From Marsupella aquatica (Eukaryota > Plantae > Marchantiophyta), in contig OZ316892.1 of NCBI GenBank assembly GCA_973895155.1, forward strand, positions 21,143,619-21,207,618: a DNA stretch of 64,000 bases, written 5' to 3'. Position 1 is the stretch's first letter. The number at the start of each line of letters is the position of its first letter. The notes beneath the pieces were generated by a model. That model searched no databases and was not told where the DNA came from. It saw only the letters and a program-made list of their open reading frames with translations. Below are positions 60,501-64,000 of the stretch, piece after piece. Position numbers and translations under genes: made by a program.

Positions 60501-63262
60501 AGAGCTTTCCAATATGGGCAAATGATCTGGAGTGCTTCTCACCACAGAATCTGGTTGCCTTTCCACATTAGATTTCAAGGCAACTTTAGATAGCGCTTCC
60601 CAGGCCGCGGTTTGAATATTTTGATTAAAATCTGCAGTCGATTTCAAAATGTGCACTATTGGTCGCAAAACATTCAGACGATCACTTTTAAGCAAAGGTA
60701 TTTCTTCGATATGAAAAATGTCTGTAAGAGCGACGAGCATTGCCAACTGTGCTGATGGACAACTCGTCAACTTCAATAGGATAGCGATATTGCTGTATGT
60801 CATCAAGCTCGTTGAAACAAATGAACATCAGAAATACCTGTAATCATGACACGAAATAAAACTCATACAAGTCATGCGGACGAAGATTCTATCGTTGGAA
60901 TCTCGATGATACAAGTTTCTCTCCAGACCTTTGATAATAACGCAAACTGTAATGTACTGACAAGGTTCAGCAACTCCATTATCGCCGTTTTGGATTTCTA
61001 TTCCCAGTTTTTCTTCAGTTTATTTTTCAGTAAATCCTGGAAGATAGCTCAGCTGGAGGTGAAGTGTTCAGGAGACAAAAGCATGCTGTTCTTTGACGAA
61101 TTTCCTTAAACCAATAATGTGGTTTTAAAGCCCGTTTTAAAGTTTTGATGGGTTAACGGTAAGTTAACAACACGCACAAATAAATCTTCTGTATCGTGTG
61201 ACCAACGACAGTGGCGGAAACGGAAACACTTAGGGCAGCCGGAGGTACCTGTCTCAGACACTGGATATATGATTCTCTCCATGTAGGGTCGACTTCGTCT
61301 GTCTTGTCCAGCAACCAGATTATGGGCTCGATGGCCTTTCGTCTCCGATCTTTGATAGTAGCATTCCAGTCCTTCATATTCGATGCTTTGCAAGCCCTAG
61401 TTGCAGCTTCTTTAACAGCTTTATGAGTATGATCTCCATGCATCGAAGTGCACACAGAGCGATAATTGCCACTTTGTTCTTCTCGTTTTCCGTTGGTTCT
61501 GCTTCAGAGCCCCGTTCATGTTTGACACTAGACTCCGCTTTAATTTCACCCTCCCCTTGCAGAAAAACGCAAAAGAGACCTTATCTCCTGACCACTAGCC
61601 AAATGCTGGTCATGTAGAGCTTCAGTGTAGTCAACATGGACCATGACTTGGACTTCATTAGGTCCTCACTATCAAAATTCAGCTTGAGCGCTATAGTACT
61701 ATTGCTATCTTTCAAGAGTTCTTTGGACCATAATTCGGCAATCGACTTGGAGAACATGCCACCCGAAGTCTATTGCAGTGGCATGCATAATTCTTAACAC
61801 CTCCTCTGGGACTGATTCTCCTTCACAGGCGTACATCAAGAACAAAATATCTTTGGCATCTCGGCTTCCAAACAATCTATAAATTTTCATGGCAGCCCAA
61901 AGACTTCTTGGCAGAGTATCATCAGAAGTGCCGATAAGGACAATCATATTCTCTCGATCGCCAAGTATCTGACACAGTGCATTGTAGGCTTCATTCCATG
62001 CACGCACATCTGTCTTGTCTTGGTTGTTAGCAAAATAACTCGCCAAATATGCACGAGCTAACGGGTTGCCACCTGTAGCCTTTATCATCTGATCTCCAAT
62101 TGGCTGCATGCCAAAGAAAATAATGCAGTACTCGTTAAACGCTGCAAAACCAATATTCATAAAGAAGCTTTAACATATACTAAATTGTTACATGATTCAA
62201 TTCTGCACAAAAATGAAATAGATTTTCCAGCACTGTTGTGAATTGTACAGTCAATGTAAAACCAGAAAACTATAAGGAACAAACCAAAATAAGATTCGAA
62301 AGTGGTATTCAGAAACGGACCTGTAACTTGTCAGGAATCAAATTGTCCTTCAGTCCAACTAGTCGCAAGAATGGTCTTCGCCTCATCATGTTTGGGATCG
62401 GTCATAGGAATAGGGAAAGAATGTTTCCTACAGATGTAACACAAAGTGGGATCTTGAGAAGTAACCAAGTACTTGACTCGTTTACGACCTTCAGAAGCTT
62501 TCAACATCTCATCTATAAAAATACTGTGGGACACATCGTCCAGAATGATTAACATCTTGTTGCCACTCAAAAAAAACTCACGGAGGGATTCTGCAATCCT
62601 AAATTAAAAGGCACTGTGTTCTTTCTCTGGATGACTGGCTAAGCTGGCGGGAGAAAGTCTCCTCAAGATTTCATAGTGCTTGTTTGAAGGATCAAATTTG
62701 GAGCTACGTGCACAATTGACAAGGAGCACGTATTGAAACACTTCCTTTCTGTTTTGATAGATCTTATGCACATATCTGGCAAGAGTAGATTTCCCTGAGC
62801 CCAGCTGCCCACCAAACAGAGATTCTACATGATTGTGAGATGAAAGAAAGAATTATTCAAAAAATGGATGGAAAAAATATTGAAGTCCAAGGAATCCGAA
62901 CGGAAACAAGAGTGAAGGTTTGAAGAGTGTTTGCCTACTAGCTCAGAAGGCCCTAAGGATTGGCCGAACAAACAGATTTTGAGTCCGACCCACCCCACAA
63001 AGGACGCGAACGGGAAATCAATCAATCTAGGCAGCCAGCTAGTGACCACCTCGCATAACAGAAGACAATTCATCCTCCCATTCCTCGTTGTATCGGACTG
63101 ACAATGGATAGTTTCTTTAAGCGAGTGGCTCTGAATGCATTTTCGATATCGTAGAGTTGTACATGAAACAAAGCACTTGAGGAAGGAGCGGGGAAGGGCA
63201 AGCGTGGCATACCGTGGTGGGTACACCTCGTGAGAATACAGCAGTTGCAGGTACGTACGTGT
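57532..63262. repeat. Second unit of a diverged tandem segmental duplication (paralogous to ~45570-53060)
   Basis: Shared anchors: TGTCTTTCAAGTTATCCTGAA (45570/57532), CTGGCAACCACCACAT (~46132/57901), TATAGACACAATTGTCCTTCATA (~46288/58801), matching introns and exons, and the upstream block ~52711-53060 / ~62808-63262. Confidence 0.9.
58977..62813 (-). pseudogene. NLR-like copy 2: NB-ARC with P-loop, ~10 ARM repeats; 5'-truncated pseudogene
   Basis: Walker A GQLGSGKST at 62810-62784; in-frame TAA at 62606-62604; KMLIILDDV, VKYLVTSQ, GGNPLA; same intron positions as copy 1; many frameshifts in the ARM region. Confidence 0.88.
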
Positions 63263-64000
63263 AATTTCGGCAGGAACAAGACTGCAGTTATTTCGACATG
63301 CCATGAAATGTGATCAGCTGAACCTCTGCGATTCAGGAGCTACATTTTTGAGACGGGTAATTAGACTCGTCCAATTATATACTAACCCTTTGCAAACAGT
63401 ACACTGACAATCAAATCTCGGATGTAGAGGCGGACAGAGAGCTCAACTGATCACTGCGAGTGTATCGATACCTTGATATAGCAGGTTCCCGTCCTGACGG
63501 AATATGTGGGCAAGAAGACAAAACTAAACACATGTTTTGGGCAAATATGTTTGGGAGATAGCATAAAATTCCCCAAATTAATGTTGGTAATCCAGATGGA
63601 GATGGGGCAAATATAAATGTGAGAGCATATAATTGTTTTTTTTGCAAGATTTTTTATGGTCATCATCTCTATTTACGTTCAAGGAATGGGTAAATCAGGC
63701 TAATAAGATAAATTTAACAATCACATTTCATTTTAGATTGCATTTATTGGTAAATGTAATTTTCCCTGAAAAATGCACTTAGGGAGGGACTATTGGAAAC
63801 CAAACAAACCCATATAACCTCATGCACTACAAGAGGCATGCACGAAAGCACTGACATGCCCTGTTAAAAATTGCACAATGTTGTCCAAGTGGAAGTGCTT
63901 AATCCAGGGGTTCACCTTATGAAGTTGTTGTATACCTTGTGCAAACTACTCTCATAAACCCAAGCAAATACCACCCCCTCTCACAGGTATAGGAAGCTCA

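Overview
Eukaryotic nuclear DNA from a land plant, probably a non-seed plant such as a bryophyte (inferred from GT-AG introns, plastid transit peptides and gene/TE content; no database search was possible). Four apparently intact spliced genes were rebuilt by hand: a plastid-type phosphatidate cytidylyltransferase (+, ~772-4319), a clade-II-type serine carboxypeptidase-like gene (+, ~14120-18558), an F-box gene whose real first exon encodes a PAM2 (PABP-binding) motif (+, 27885-31254), and a DUF2358/NTF2-like gene (-, 42890-45245). A degenerate Ty1/Copia element (35718-41923, CTGTA TSD) carries an intact antisense ORF with a stand-alone RNase H1 hybrid-binding (caulimovirus viroplasmin-like) domain and has a rearranged 5' end. 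The right third holds two tandem copies, ~12 kb apart, of a non-canonical NLR-like gene: N-terminal helical bundle, NB-ARC, then 44-aa armadillo repeats instead of LRRs. The repeats are highly similar internally but vary at predicted binding positions. Copy 1 lacks the P-loop and has two 1-nt frameshifts; copy 2 keeps the P-loop, lacks the N-terminal domain and is a pseudogene. Several MITE families and tandem repeats fill the intergenic space.
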